DNA of 58,817 nucleotides from contig CAYZYH010000006.1 of the NCBI GenBank assembly GCA_964481235.1, positions 1-58,817 of the forward strand, given 5' to 3'. The stretch comes from an uncultured Candidatus Saccharibacteria bacterium (GTDB lineage: Bacteria > Patescibacteriota > Saccharimonadia > CAILAD01 > BJGX01). This document shows, in pieces, positions 46,250 through 54,804 of this stretch (positions within the stretch are counted from its first letter, which is position 1; each line of letters opens with the position of its first letter). The position numbers were made by a program, and so were the translations under genes. The notes under the pieces are model-generated. The model had not been told where the DNA came from, did not search any database, and saw only the letters and a list, made by a program, of their open reading frames with translations.

Positions 46250-46890
46250 TAAGTAGTATAACTGTCTTTTAAGCCATGTAAAAGCCTTGTCAAACCAATT
46301 ACTACTCCCGTAAGGTGTCCAATAACCAACATGCGATGTTGCTTAACACCTTCAACGCTCATAGTATCTACTGGTACAACCCAATCTAGGAGTGGCTTGT
46401 AGATGGTGATTAACTGCTTGTCTTGCGCTGTAAGTCTGCCCACAAACTGCTCGTCACATTCTACCACTGAGTGTAAGTAGGCAATACTCGGTCTTTTGTT
46501 TTTTCTATGTAAAGCAGTGTGTATTAGGTGGTTTCTATCACCTTGTTGCAGACGACCACTAATACAAACTAGGTTAATATCTGCGTTTGGCAGATCTCTT
46601 CGCAACTCTACAAAAACCGAGAGTGCTAAGCTTGCCCCAGCGCTTATACCTACAAGGGTTAGTTGGTTGCTCTTTGTAAGAATTTCTTTGGCTTGCAATA
46701 CAACCTTTGATCGTAAATCTGTAATGTCGCCTTTGCCATGCCAATCTACGCCAGCAAAATGAAGACCTACATTTTTACCACTAAATAACCAGGCAAGTAG
46801 CTTTTCTGGCAAACCCACGTCTGTTCTCTCTAGGCCATTAATATAGAGCATTTGCAAAAGAGAACTTGGATGATTTTTTTTCAATTGCAC
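46249..46890 (-). CDS. Alpha/beta-hydrolase fold protein (esterase/lipase-like)
   Basis: GxSxG nucleophile elbow (GISAGAS) with the downstream D/H pattern expected for the fold. Confidence 0.55.
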   Translation of the reverse strand: MQLKKNHPSSLLQMLYINGLERTDVGLPEKLLAWLFSGKNVGLHFAGVDWHGKGDITDLRSKVVLQAKEILTKSNQLTLVGISAGASLALSVFVELRRDLPNADINLVCISGRLQQGDRNHLIHTALHRKNKRPSIAYLHSVVECDEQFVGRLTAQDKQLITIYKPLLDWVVPVDTMSVEGVKQHRMLVIGHLTGVVIGLTRLLHGLKDSYTT

Positions 46891-46991
46891 TCTCTACCTC
46901 TTGGCAAATTGTAAAAGAACTAACGACACCTAAAATACCATATTGATACACATTAATCAACAAAAATAAAAACCAGAATTTTGTTCGAGCT

Positions 46992-47220
46992 AACTGGCTT
47001 ACTTCGTTCTATCGCCGGTTCGAATACAAGCAAACACTTCAATAAATAAAAACATCCCTAATGGGATGATTCTATTTACTGGCGGGCCCGACCGGATAGC
47101 GCTTGAACTTTGTTCAGACTAACCGGCCCACTTCGTTCTATCGCCGATTCGTGATCAGCAATCAGTTTTTAATAACAGCCCTAAGGGACTGTTCTCAAAA
47201 ACTGGCGGGCCCGACCGGAT
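46992..47220 (-). repeat. Two tandem ~100-nt imperfect repeat units, each ending in an exact 19-nt copy of the tRNA-Asp 3' end
   Basis: Unit A is 46992-47097 and unit B is 47121-47220. They share a similar start (AACYGGCYYACTTCGTTCTATCGCCGRTTCG), an internal palindromic hairpin (CATCCCTAATGGGATG / CAGCCCTAAGGGACTG), and the 3' segment CTGGCGGGCCCGACCGGAT. Unit B's end is the authentic tRNA-Asp 3' end. Confidence 0.7.
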
Positions 47221-47279
47221 TTGAACCGGCGATCTCCTCCGTGACAGGGAGGCGTGTTAGGCCTCTACACCACGAGCCC
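47203..47279 (-). tRNA. tRNA-Asp (anticodon GTC)
   Basis: Acceptor GGGCUCG/CGGGCCC (one G-U pair), anticodon arm CCUCC-CUGUCAC-GGAGG, T-arm CCGGUUCAAAUCCGG, discriminator G, and an encoded CCA. Confidence 0.85.
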
Positions 47280-47368
47280 AGGGTTTTGGCACAAACTAAC
47301 CTGATAATTTTACCAAATATTACCGACATTTACAATAAAACACCCCAGGTAAATACCTGAGGTGCAAA

Positions 47369-48034
47369 CTAGCACGACAAATCGTAAAAATGCCATGACT
47401 CGTTGAGGTGCGAAAAAACCTTATATTCAACAATTGAGTAGTCAAACTTTTCTATTAGCTCTTCAAACCTCTGTATATTATCGCCATAAATAGCGACATG
47501 TAGTACTCCACCAATAGCTAAGTACTGGTGTGCTTGGCTCATTAGCTCGATATGAAGCTCAAAGCCCGGGTCATTATAGGCAATATCGTTATAGTTAACT
47601 ATCGGCTCATCAAAAGATGGCAGATAAGCCACTATTGCGTCAAACTCACCTTTTACACACGTAAAGAGATTAGAGTAGTACAGTTCTAGCTCAACACCTA
47701 AATTAGTAGCATTAGTTCGGGCGCTAAGCAGTGCATTGGGCATAATGTCTACAGCCTCCACATATGTTGCTCCGGCTGCTGCAGCAATAATGCCACGCAC
47801 CCCGCAGCCACAACCAATATCTAGCACTCTTTTGCCCCTATACATCTCAATATTGCGGGGTGTTACTAGAATTGGTTCACCAAAATCTGGCCTGGGCTCA
47901 AACACACCTGGTAGAACCACCCAATCTACACCACGGTAATACACTGTGTATTCTACATTTAGTGGCATATCTATCCCCCTTTTAGACCTGGCTTGGTTGC
48001 TAAACGGTATGTTAGCGATACTCGAGGCCCACAA
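47369..48034 (-). CDS. Class I SAM-dependent methyltransferase (small-domain type; the NPPF-like motif is degenerate, YLPSF)
   Basis: Motif I VLDIGCGCGVRG, an acidic motif II (EAVD) and FDAIVAYLPSF in the position of FDLIISNPPF in RsmC/RlmG-type enzymes. GC-richer than the host. Confidence 0.7.
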   Translation of the reverse strand: MWASSIANIPFSNQARSKRGIDMPLNVEYTVYYRGVDWVVLPGVFEPRPDFGEPILVTPRNIEMYRGKRVLDIGCGCGVRGIIAAAAGATYVEAVDIMPNALLSARTNATNLGVELELYYSNLFTCVKGEFDAIVAYLPSFDEPIVNYNDIAYNDPGFELHIELMSQAHQYLAIGGVLHVAIYGDNIQRFEELIEKFDYSIVEYKVFSHLNESWHFYDLSC

Positions 48035-48606
48035 ATTGGTGGAGGTACTGAGTGCGTAGGGCGCACATCTTCATCGGTTGGGTACAAACCTGGAGCACGC
48101 ATAATGAGCTCACTGCCCGGACCTGTTTGCAAAACTCTACTAGGCACATTGTCTTCACGAGTTGAATACATTTTTAGTTCACCTGTGCCAACAATGGTAT
48201 ACGACACAATTAGGTGAATATCACTACTGTAGTCGCGGTGACGACCAATGCCGTCGTAGCGATCGCTATAGCGCTGTACGGCAACATCGTTGGGTTGCCA
48301 GGTTTGCAAGCACTTATAGCGACCGGCACTAGCTCTTATCATCTGGCCTAGTGTATCACCCAATTCTCGCATAAGCGGGTAATCTTGTCGTGTAGACTCG
48401 TCAAAATAGACCGGCGCAAATACCTCAAATCGCTGGTATACGCCTTGTTCTATGTCGAAAAACCGACTAAATTTACCGTTTAATACCTCATTTGCCAATG
48501 CTTTGGTGAAGTCTCGGCTTAGTGCTTGGGTAGTAAAAGCATAGCCACTTCTACCTGCATCTGAAATGCGCCCAGCATAATCTGGCGGTGTAGTAAATAT
48601 CTCCAT
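47971..48606 (-). CDS. AlkB-like Fe(II)/2-oxoglutarate-dependent dioxygenase
   Basis: VQRYSDRYDGIGRHRDYSSD matches INRYAPGAKLSLHQDKDE (the HxD iron ligands). PTHSV supplies the distal His, and RVSLTYR matches the RYNLTFR 2OG-binding motif. The start is set at the internal Met (MEIFTTPP), because the longer ORF overlaps the methyltransferase gene. Confidence 0.65.
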   Translation of the reverse strand: MEIFTTPPDYAGRISDAGRSGYAFTTQALSRDFTKALANEVLNGKFSRFFDIEQGVYQRFEVFAPVYFDESTRQDYPLMRELGDTLGQMIRASAGRYKCLQTWQPNDVAVQRYSDRYDGIGRHRDYSSDIHLIVSYTIVGTGELKMYSTREDNVPSRVLQTGPGSELIMRAPGLYPTDEDVRPTHSVPPPICGPRVSLTYRLATKPGLKGG

Positions 48607-49005
48607 CACGCTCCCCTTTCGAGTTTCTCTACTAAGACATACCAACAGGTTAGGTGAATTAGATAACACCTATGCCCTACACGGTCTAACACTACCTCTA
48701 CCGCATCTGCAATATCAAAATCTACACCACAACCATTGCAGGCACTCCCTACAGCCCTAGGGTGGCATTCTAGCTTAAATACACCTTCACTCTGTAGCAC
48801 TTTGAGCATCTTGGTCTCCTTTGTAAGAAGAAATGTAGTAGTCTGGCCTACTGTAGCCATGGCTAACCATATACCAACACAAAGCAATAGATGCCGGCCC
48901 AAAAACAACCCTGGGCTCTATATCGTTCGCATCCCAAGCTTCTAGCGCTTCTATAGAGTTTTTGCATATAACATACAGATTGGTCTCACACATAATGGGC
49001 TCCAA
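48606..49005 (-). pseudogene. Two overlapping small Cys-containing ORFs (72 and 100 aa) in different frames; possibly one frameshifted gene
   Basis: ORFs 48787..49005 and 48606..48908 overlap by ~120 nt in different frames within a GC-rich stretch. ECHPRAVGSACNGCG suggests a metal-binding site. Which frame is real cannot be resolved by eye. Confidence 0.25.
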
Positions 49006-49295
49006 AAATCGATTGTCAAGGTTCTCTCGGTAGCTTTAGTACTAAAAAACTGCCCGAGAAGGCAGTTTTTTAGTTAATATTAGCAATAATTACAGATACA
49101 GGCTTAAAAACTCCCTTCTAAAGCAGTGTTTTTAGCAAAATATTGAAATGACGACCAAGTAGTATGTTTTTTGTTCAGTAACATTATTTTTCTCTGTTAT
49201 ATTAATAAGCATAACAAAATCAAAAATTATTGTCAAAAAAGATACTCTACAGGTTGTTATACCAGTTACAAATGATAAAAAAGTGTTAAAAACTA

Positions 49296-49324
49296 TTGAC
49301 TTTTAGTAAATAGTTTGCTATAAT
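49296..49324 (+). promoter_or_regulatory. Consensus sigma70 promoter (TTGACT - 17 nt - TATAAT)
   Basis: An exact -35 and -10 hexamer pair with optimal spacing. No protein-coding gene follows on this strand. Confidence 0.65.
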
Positions 49325-49330
49325 ACCCCT

Positions 49331-49792
49331 AATGCTTAGTTAATAGGCAGAGAACCTCAAAAAAAACCAAGAAACTGCAAAAATTGAGAGGAGGTGCACG
49401 TGTTCGTCATTCAGAACCGTGCTACCGAGTTTTTAGATAGTTTATAGGAGCAGTTGGAGCCTCTACTAGAGCCGTTAATCTTAATTTTAAGATAATGGCT
49501 TGAAGACGCTTTTACCACCAGGCAAATCCGCCAGACCAATACATATTTGGGCTTTCGAGTCCAGGCGAGGGTCAACCTTCGTAGTGCAAGCATATGTAGA
49601 GGTGAAGGAGTTAGCGACAAAAATGTCGCTAAGGTATTAGTGCTGTAGACCAGCCCTCAGCTGTTCCGCCACTATGCAGTACATAGGATAATTAGCAATG
49701 CTAGTTATCCAACTTGTCGGCTTTTGTAGCCTTGCGAGCGTTGCTCCTTGGCTATGGGCCGGTAAACCCCACCTGATTGGTGGGGTTTTTTC
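49331..49792 (+). ncRNA. Candidate orphan transcript (~460 nt): tiny SD-preceded ORF plus a long structured region, ending at an intrinsic terminator
   Basis: The promoter above is followed by GAGAGGAGG, then 5 nt to a GTG opening a 15-codon ORF (MFVIQNRATEFLDSL, 49400-49447), then ~340 nt of GC-balanced, hairpin-rich sequence (e.g. TAGCGACAAAAATGTCGCTA), then a terminator. No substantial ORF lies on the plus strand. Confidence 0.35.
49766..49792 (+). terminator. Rho-independent terminator
   Basis: CCCCACCTGATTGGTGGGG hairpin followed by TTTTTTC. Confidence 0.75.
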
Positions 49793-49816
49793 TATTCAAA
49801 TTATGATTTTATATAG

Positions 49817-50233
49817 CTATTTAGAGTCTAGATTATAGGTCATACCACAAACAGAACCGAGGTCTATATCGGACTGCATTGCCTGCTTATAAAGATCTTC
49901 TGAGGCTACCAGCGCTAGATTGGTGCTAGAGCCGCCGATACTATCTAGGTAAAAACGTTCGCCAGACACATTGTCGAACAACTCTATGGCTTGAAGAGGC
50001 CATTGCTTGGCTACAGAGTAGGCGTGGCGTAGCTCGGCCTCGGTAATTAGCCAAGCAGTTTTTTGGTGGCTCTTAAGGCTAGCAAATGTCTCTGCTACAT
50101 TGTTGGTAATATAATAATTATTGCTTTGCAGTGCACTCTTGAGGTTGTCTAGGCTACTGTCATTTTTGTAAATAATAAGACCAGCTTCACGACTTTGAGA
50201 TTGAGTTGTTAAATAAGTATGTAAATCTTGCAT
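49817..50233 (-). CDS. Hypothetical protein (138 aa), last gene of the MoxR-VWA cluster
   Basis: ORF 24 nt downstream of the VWA gene on the same strand. No recognisable motifs. Confidence 0.45.
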   Translation of the reverse strand: MQDLHTYLTTQSQSREAGLIIYKNDSSLDNLKSALQSNNYYITNNVAETFASLKSHQKTAWLITEAELRHAYSVAKQWPLQAIELFDNVSGERFYLDSIGGSSTNLALVASEDLYKQAMQSDIDLGSVCGMTYNLDSK

Positions 50234-50257
50234 ATTAGTTATATATTATCATAAAGC

Positions 50258-52297
50258 TTAAGCCTGCTCTATAACCCTCCTCAGTACTTCTACAAGTGCG
50301 ATGGGTAGCTCAGTTACATCTTGTATTATAGAATAGTCTGGGTAGTATTCGGCTACAGACTCTGACTGTATGCCAATACTAGCTAGTTTTTGGTTGGTAT
50401 TGTTTATTATGGTATCTACTACCCTATGTAGATTGTACTCTGGCCCATTATGCCTATGGCTTTCGGCTGGTTGTCCATCAGATAGAATTACTACAATTTT
50501 TTCGGTGCCAGGTTGCTGAGCCAAGCGTTCGGAAGTTTCGGTGAGTGCCCAACCATCGTCGTTGTATCCAGCTCTACCCGGACTCCAAGATTCTTCAATC
50601 ATACCGGGCATAATCTCGCGACTTGCCCTACCGAATTGATCATTAAAACCCTTATATTTATAAAGTTCAATGTTAAAACCGTATACTTCAAAACGAATAT
50701 TTAGCTTACTTAGTACCTCAGAAAACACAATAGCACTTTTTAACGCCTCTTGTACTCTATCACCTCTCATGGACCCCGATAAATCTATTAGCAGACTAAT
50801 AGTATAGTCTTTTTGGGTAGGCAACTCTCGCCTCTCCCAGGCTTTGCTCTGTACAGCCGAAACACCTTTGGCTTTCTCAGATATACGCTTGCCTATGTTT
50901 ATGCGACGACCAGCACGATAACCGCTTTTGTAGCCATGCGAAGATCTGGCAATAAACAAGTTATTGAGATCGTTATATAGGCTATCTATGAGTGGTTTTA
51001 GCTCTTGGTAGAGTTCATTGTACTGCTCTAGCTGTATTTCTTGCTCAGTCTTTTCTGGCTCTTCTGGCTCATTGTCGGAGTCACCGTGAGCCGGATCGCC
51101 ATTTATTTCTACCTGGCCTGGTTCGCCATCTGTAGCCATTTGAATACTTAGCTTGGCCTCTAGTTGGTCGGTAATTTGTTTATCGAGATCAGCTAGAGCC
51201 TCTGTCGCCTCTTGATGTAATTGTTCTTTAACATCTTCTGGCAAGTTGGCTATAAACATTTGCAATGCTTGTAGCTGCTCTGCAGATAGGTCTGAAAGTT
51301 TGATGGGCTGGTAATAACCTTGTTCTTTGGCAATTTCGGCGGCTTGCTGTAGCATTTCTTGCATATCACTTGGTAGTTCGTTAAAGCCTTCGGGGGTATT
51401 GCCGTCTACAAGATCTTTTATCATTTTCTGTAATTGTTTGGCGGCGGCGGCATTGGCCATATCGATATCGACAAGTTTTTTAAATTCTGGCCAAATTTTG
51501 TCGGTAATAATAGCTCCACTCGCCTTGGCGTAATTATCTACCAAAGTGTTTGATCTGTCGGCTTCGTCTTTGGTAGGATATGTCCACCACATATCTTGCA
51601 GGTATGGCGCTACTCTTGCAATATAGTCTTTTATTTCTTGGGGCAGTTCTGGGGCTACCTGCATTGGTTGCCTTTGTCTATCTTGATACCAAAGACTTAT
51701 GTGTTCAAAACTAGCAAGGTCGTGCAGAGGCATAAAACCAAGTTGGTCTTGAGCCTTCTCTAGCATTTCTTGGCGCTGAGCAAGTTGTTGTTCATAGTAA
51801 ATATGCATACCTTCGTCTAACAGTCTGAAATTATCAGACAAAAAGTTATTGACCCTAGGGTCCTCTAGACCACCAAATAACACATTGCCACCTGGCTGGT
51901 GACGCATTTCTTGCACTGGCTCTACTAAACGCGATATTCGTCTGTGACTAGCTTCGTGGCCAATACTCCAGCGATTTTCTTGAGCGGGGCGTTCTAGTAG
52001 ATCTTGTAAACCTACCGCAACGTAATTTTCATTCATACTCCAATACCAATTACGGCCCGGCGCTAGTATTACCGGCATATCGAAGTCTTTGCCTATAAAA
52101 CTACTTATAACACTTAAACTTCGTAATCGTTCTTGTACTACTCTGCGTTGAGATAAGGGTAGGCTAGCCAACATAGCCTCAGAGCGTTCTTTGTCGGTTT
52201 GGTAAGTCAATACAGGGTCTAGGGCGTGACCATCTCGTACTGCACTAGCAGGCTGTGGGTCGGCTTTGGCCGCGTATACTCTTTCTGTTTCACTCAA
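50258..52297 (-). CDS. VWA-domain protein with an N-terminal HExxH metallopeptidase-like domain and an acidic coiled-coil linker (DUF2201_N/VWA-like architecture)
   Basis: HEASH with a downstream Glu (GGLEDP) ~30 aa on, suggesting a gluzincin site near residue 115. A long Glu/Gln/Asp-rich helical region follows. A C-terminal VWA with a MIDAS motif DLSGSM is present, and later SDGQP. It sits immediately downstream of the MoxR-type ATPase. Confidence 0.75.
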   Translation of the reverse strand: MSETERVYAAKADPQPASAVRDGHALDPVLTYQTDKERSEAMLASLPLSQRRVVQERLRSLSVISSFIGKDFDMPVILAPGRNWYWSMNENYVAVGLQDLLERPAQENRWSIGHEASHRRISRLVEPVQEMRHQPGGNVLFGGLEDPRVNNFLSDNFRLLDEGMHIYYEQQLAQRQEMLEKAQDQLGFMPLHDLASFEHISLWYQDRQRQPMQVAPELPQEIKDYIARVAPYLQDMWWTYPTKDEADRSNTLVDNYAKASGAIITDKIWPEFKKLVDIDMANAAAAKQLQKMIKDLVDGNTPEGFNELPSDMQEMLQQAAEIAKEQGYYQPIKLSDLSAEQLQALQMFIANLPEDVKEQLHQEATEALADLDKQITDQLEAKLSIQMATDGEPGQVEINGDPAHGDSDNEPEEPEKTEQEIQLEQYNELYQELKPLIDSLYNDLNNLFIARSSHGYKSGYRAGRRINIGKRISEKAKGVSAVQSKAWERRELPTQKDYTISLLIDLSGSMRGDRVQEALKSAIVFSEVLSKLNIRFEVYGFNIELYKYKGFNDQFGRASREIMPGMIEESWSPGRAGYNDDGWALTETSERLAQQPGTEKIVVILSDGQPAESHRHNGPEYNLHRVVDTIINNTNQKLASIGIQSESVAEYYPDYSIIQDVTELPIALVEVLRRVIEQA

Positions 52298-52330
52298 AAC
52301 AACTATTACCTATCATTATCTAACACCTCT

Positions 52331-54769
52331 CTATTTGTATCCTCTATTAGGTCGGGGGGGCTTGGGTTTCTTTTTTTGACTTGCGGTAGGACCCCAGCCT
52401 GGTGAGTGAGTAGGTGGCGGAGGTGGGTTTGGAGTAGGTGGCCTTGGTGGAGGTTCATCTTCAGTTTCTCCTTCGCCATAATAATCTTCCCAGTCAGTTT
52501 CAGAATCATCTGTTGCTGACGAGGTGGATGGTGGTGGCGATATTGGCGAACCAGCCGGCGCAAAAGCCGAACCAGCAATTGGGGTGCCAATAGGTGATGA
52601 TGATCCGGATGATACACCGCTAGCGGGTGAGGAGGTAGTACCTAAACTTTCTACAGCACTTAGAGCCTGCAACACCCAGTTATTACCTATAGACATGGCG
52701 TAGTAATCTGGTGTACTAGCAAAGTGCTCTTCGCGCTCTTGCCAGGCTCTGAGTGAAAAACAACCACTCATACTCTTAGCAAATGTAGCATTAGAAACAC
52801 GCCCTTTGAGTACTTCTCTTATTTCCCAAGCCCAGCCGGTATCTAAACCAGCCAAAGATATAGCAAGTGCCTCTTCATAGCCATCTTCTATAAACTGATT
52901 TCTTACCTCGCTAGCTACATTAGAGTCGTCGCCAGAAATTGCCCAAGCTATAGCCATGGTCTTTTCGTTTTCAGTAAGACCAAATAAATTAGCATCTCGT
53001 TCTAGTATATCCAACTTTACTGCTGGGGTGTTTGGGTATTTAATATAGCGCATGCCCAGCGCCGTAGCACTCGGTTTTTTACCAGCTTCTTTTAAAAACA
53101 TCATTAAACCAACAAGTTCTGGTGTCTGGCTCAGACCAGCAAGAGAAGTAATAATAGCATTTATGTCTTGTTCATCAAAAGAGTCTATCTTTGATTTTAT
53201 TTCTACTATAAACAGGTCTTCACCACCATAGTGTGCTATCGCATCGTGCCCAACTAGGCCGTTAAACCCGGCGGAGTGTTTACCGGTAAGTAGTAGTGAA
53301 TTAATTTCTGATTCTGCGAAGGTACCCATAACTCCTGCCAATGATTTTCCAAAGGCTTTAGTATTGCCAGGCTTATCCTTGGCAACCTGTCGCATGGGCC
53401 TAGCTGTGAGAGAGTTGTTACCAGCAAGGGCGGTAAGTATTAGTGGGTCTTTGGCTGGCCCAGCTGGCCCAATAAATACTTGCAACTCTGCGAGGCGCCT
53501 GGCAATATAGTCGGGGTCACTTAAGGTTTCTGGGTCGTTGGGTAACTCTGCTGTGCTACCACTCACACCGCGCCGACGAGAGTCGCCAGTATCTTCTACC
53601 TTAATAGTGTGTATTTTGCCTATCATTTCCTGACGCTCTGTTGGATCGGCCAATTTATTGGCATAGTAATACTCGAGCGCTCTATGCACAGTAGCATTGA
53701 GATCGCCATTATAAAAATGACAAATAAACTCGGCTACTCTATTTATTTCTTCACGGTCGTCATAACTAATTTTTTGAGGTTGGTCGCGACCTATCTCGCT
53801 TGCTTTGGCTTGGCTTTTTACCATATAGTGAAAAATACGAATTTGCTCAGCCATATCAGCCATACCTGGTATAGCACCTAGTTCTTCACGAGTAAGAGTG
53901 CGTTCTCCGCTGTGTAAATATTTACTCTCATCTGGCTCGGCAACCTCGGTGCCTTTTTTGAGCCCAAAGGTAGCATCTACATAACCCTCTACCGACTCTT
54001 CAGGTAGCTCTTCGGGTAGTTTAATATACACCCATCTTCTAAACTGGGCAGGGTCTAAAGGGTGACGCTCTGAATATTCACTACCACTACGACTAGGGGC
54101 ATTACCAAGCGCAACAATACTAAGATTATCACGCACTACCTTAAGACGTTTAGAAGCATCTTCGGTTACACTAACCATGCCAGAGTCTTCGTAGGCATCG
54201 ATAACTTCGTGTAGACGTATAAGAATATCTGGAGTGGCGGCATTGAACTCGTCTACCATTAAGAGTACTTTGTGGCCTTTTATGGCCTCTTCTATAGCTG
54301 CTGTAACCGGACCATTGGCAAAAACATACTCAGGGTCTTCGGTAGAATGACGGTCTGGGTTAGGTGCATACTGACCCATAAGCGATGAGGTATCGTCACT
54401 ACCCTTCATATTGATGTAGTGAACCGACCAACCAAGTTCGTGGGCCATTTTACGTACTGCCGAACTCTTACCTACTGACGTACCAGCTTCTACAAATACA
54501 GGCTGATGCAAAGCAAATGCCGTAGCCAAGTCGCGTTGCAATTCTTGACTAAACTCATCTTCTACATAGCCCTCTTTCTTAAGCGGAACCTGCTCTTCTT
54601 CACCAGTACCTTTGGGTAAGCGCACTCCCAAATATTCTACATATTCGGGCTCAGCAACAGCTGCCAACTCTACTAGGTGTGGAATATCTACAGACAATGG
54701 TTCACTACCTACTGTCGTAGGCTCATCTGCTAGATTTGACCCACTATCACTATGTGCTGGTTCTGGCAC
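52331..54769 (-). CDS. MoxR/AAA_5-type AAA+ ATPase, unusually large (812 aa), with a long C-terminal extension and a Pro-rich tail
   Basis: Walker A EAGTSVGKSS and Walker B VLLMVDEFNAA in the first third. Then ~450 aa of unassigned sequence ending in PPPRPPTPNPPPPPTHSPGWGPTASQKKKPKPPRPN. Confidence 0.75.
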   Translation of the reverse strand: MPEPAHSDSGSNLADEPTTVGSEPLSVDIPHLVELAAVAEPEYVEYLGVRLPKGTGEEEQVPLKKEGYVEDEFSQELQRDLATAFALHQPVFVEAGTSVGKSSAVRKMAHELGWSVHYINMKGSDDTSSLMGQYAPNPDRHSTEDPEYVFANGPVTAAIEEAIKGHKVLLMVDEFNAATPDILIRLHEVIDAYEDSGMVSVTEDASKRLKVVRDNLSIVALGNAPSRSGSEYSERHPLDPAQFRRWVYIKLPEELPEESVEGYVDATFGLKKGTEVAEPDESKYLHSGERTLTREELGAIPGMADMAEQIRIFHYMVKSQAKASEIGRDQPQKISYDDREEINRVAEFICHFYNGDLNATVHRALEYYYANKLADPTERQEMIGKIHTIKVEDTGDSRRRGVSGSTAELPNDPETLSDPDYIARRLAELQVFIGPAGPAKDPLILTALAGNNSLTARPMRQVAKDKPGNTKAFGKSLAGVMGTFAESEINSLLLTGKHSAGFNGLVGHDAIAHYGGEDLFIVEIKSKIDSFDEQDINAIITSLAGLSQTPELVGLMMFLKEAGKKPSATALGMRYIKYPNTPAVKLDILERDANLFGLTENEKTMAIAWAISGDDSNVASEVRNQFIEDGYEEALAISLAGLDTGWAWEIREVLKGRVSNATFAKSMSGCFSLRAWQEREEHFASTPDYYAMSIGNNWVLQALSAVESLGTTSSPASGVSSGSSSPIGTPIAGSAFAPAGSPISPPPSTSSATDDSETDWEDYYGEGETEDEPPPRPPTPNPPPPPTHSPGWGPTASQKKKPKPPRPNRGYK

Positions 54770-54804
54770 TATACCCTCCTTTTGTTTTAAAAACTTAATA
54801 CTTA

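Noticed and set aside
47120-47160. Possibility that repeat units A and B are intact tRNA genes on the plus strand
   Set aside because: Only a T-arm-like 15-mer and the 19-nt 3' end are present. No acceptor 5' strand, D-arm or anticodon arm can be folded. They are fragments, not genes.
49411-49620. 69-aa minus-strand ORF antisense to the orphan transcript
   Set aside because: No SD or promoter context. It lies opposite a unit with a strong promoter and terminator on the plus strand, so it is more likely a chance ORF in GC-balanced structured sequence.
49331-49792. Hypothesis that the orphan transcript is tmRNA (ssrA), SRP RNA or 6S RNA
   Set aside because: No tRNA-like 3' end (GGUUCGAnUCC...CCA), no acceptor-pairing 5' GGGG, no in-frame tag ending in ALAA-stop, and no SRP domain-IV GGAA/AGCA motif could be found by eye. 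The call is left as an unclassified candidate.
52306-52617. 103-aa His/Pro/Leu/Arg-rich ORF overlapping the 3' end of the MoxR gene in another frame
   Set aside because: Frame-shadow of the Pro-rich (CCN-rich) tail of the ATPase gene, with low-complexity translation.
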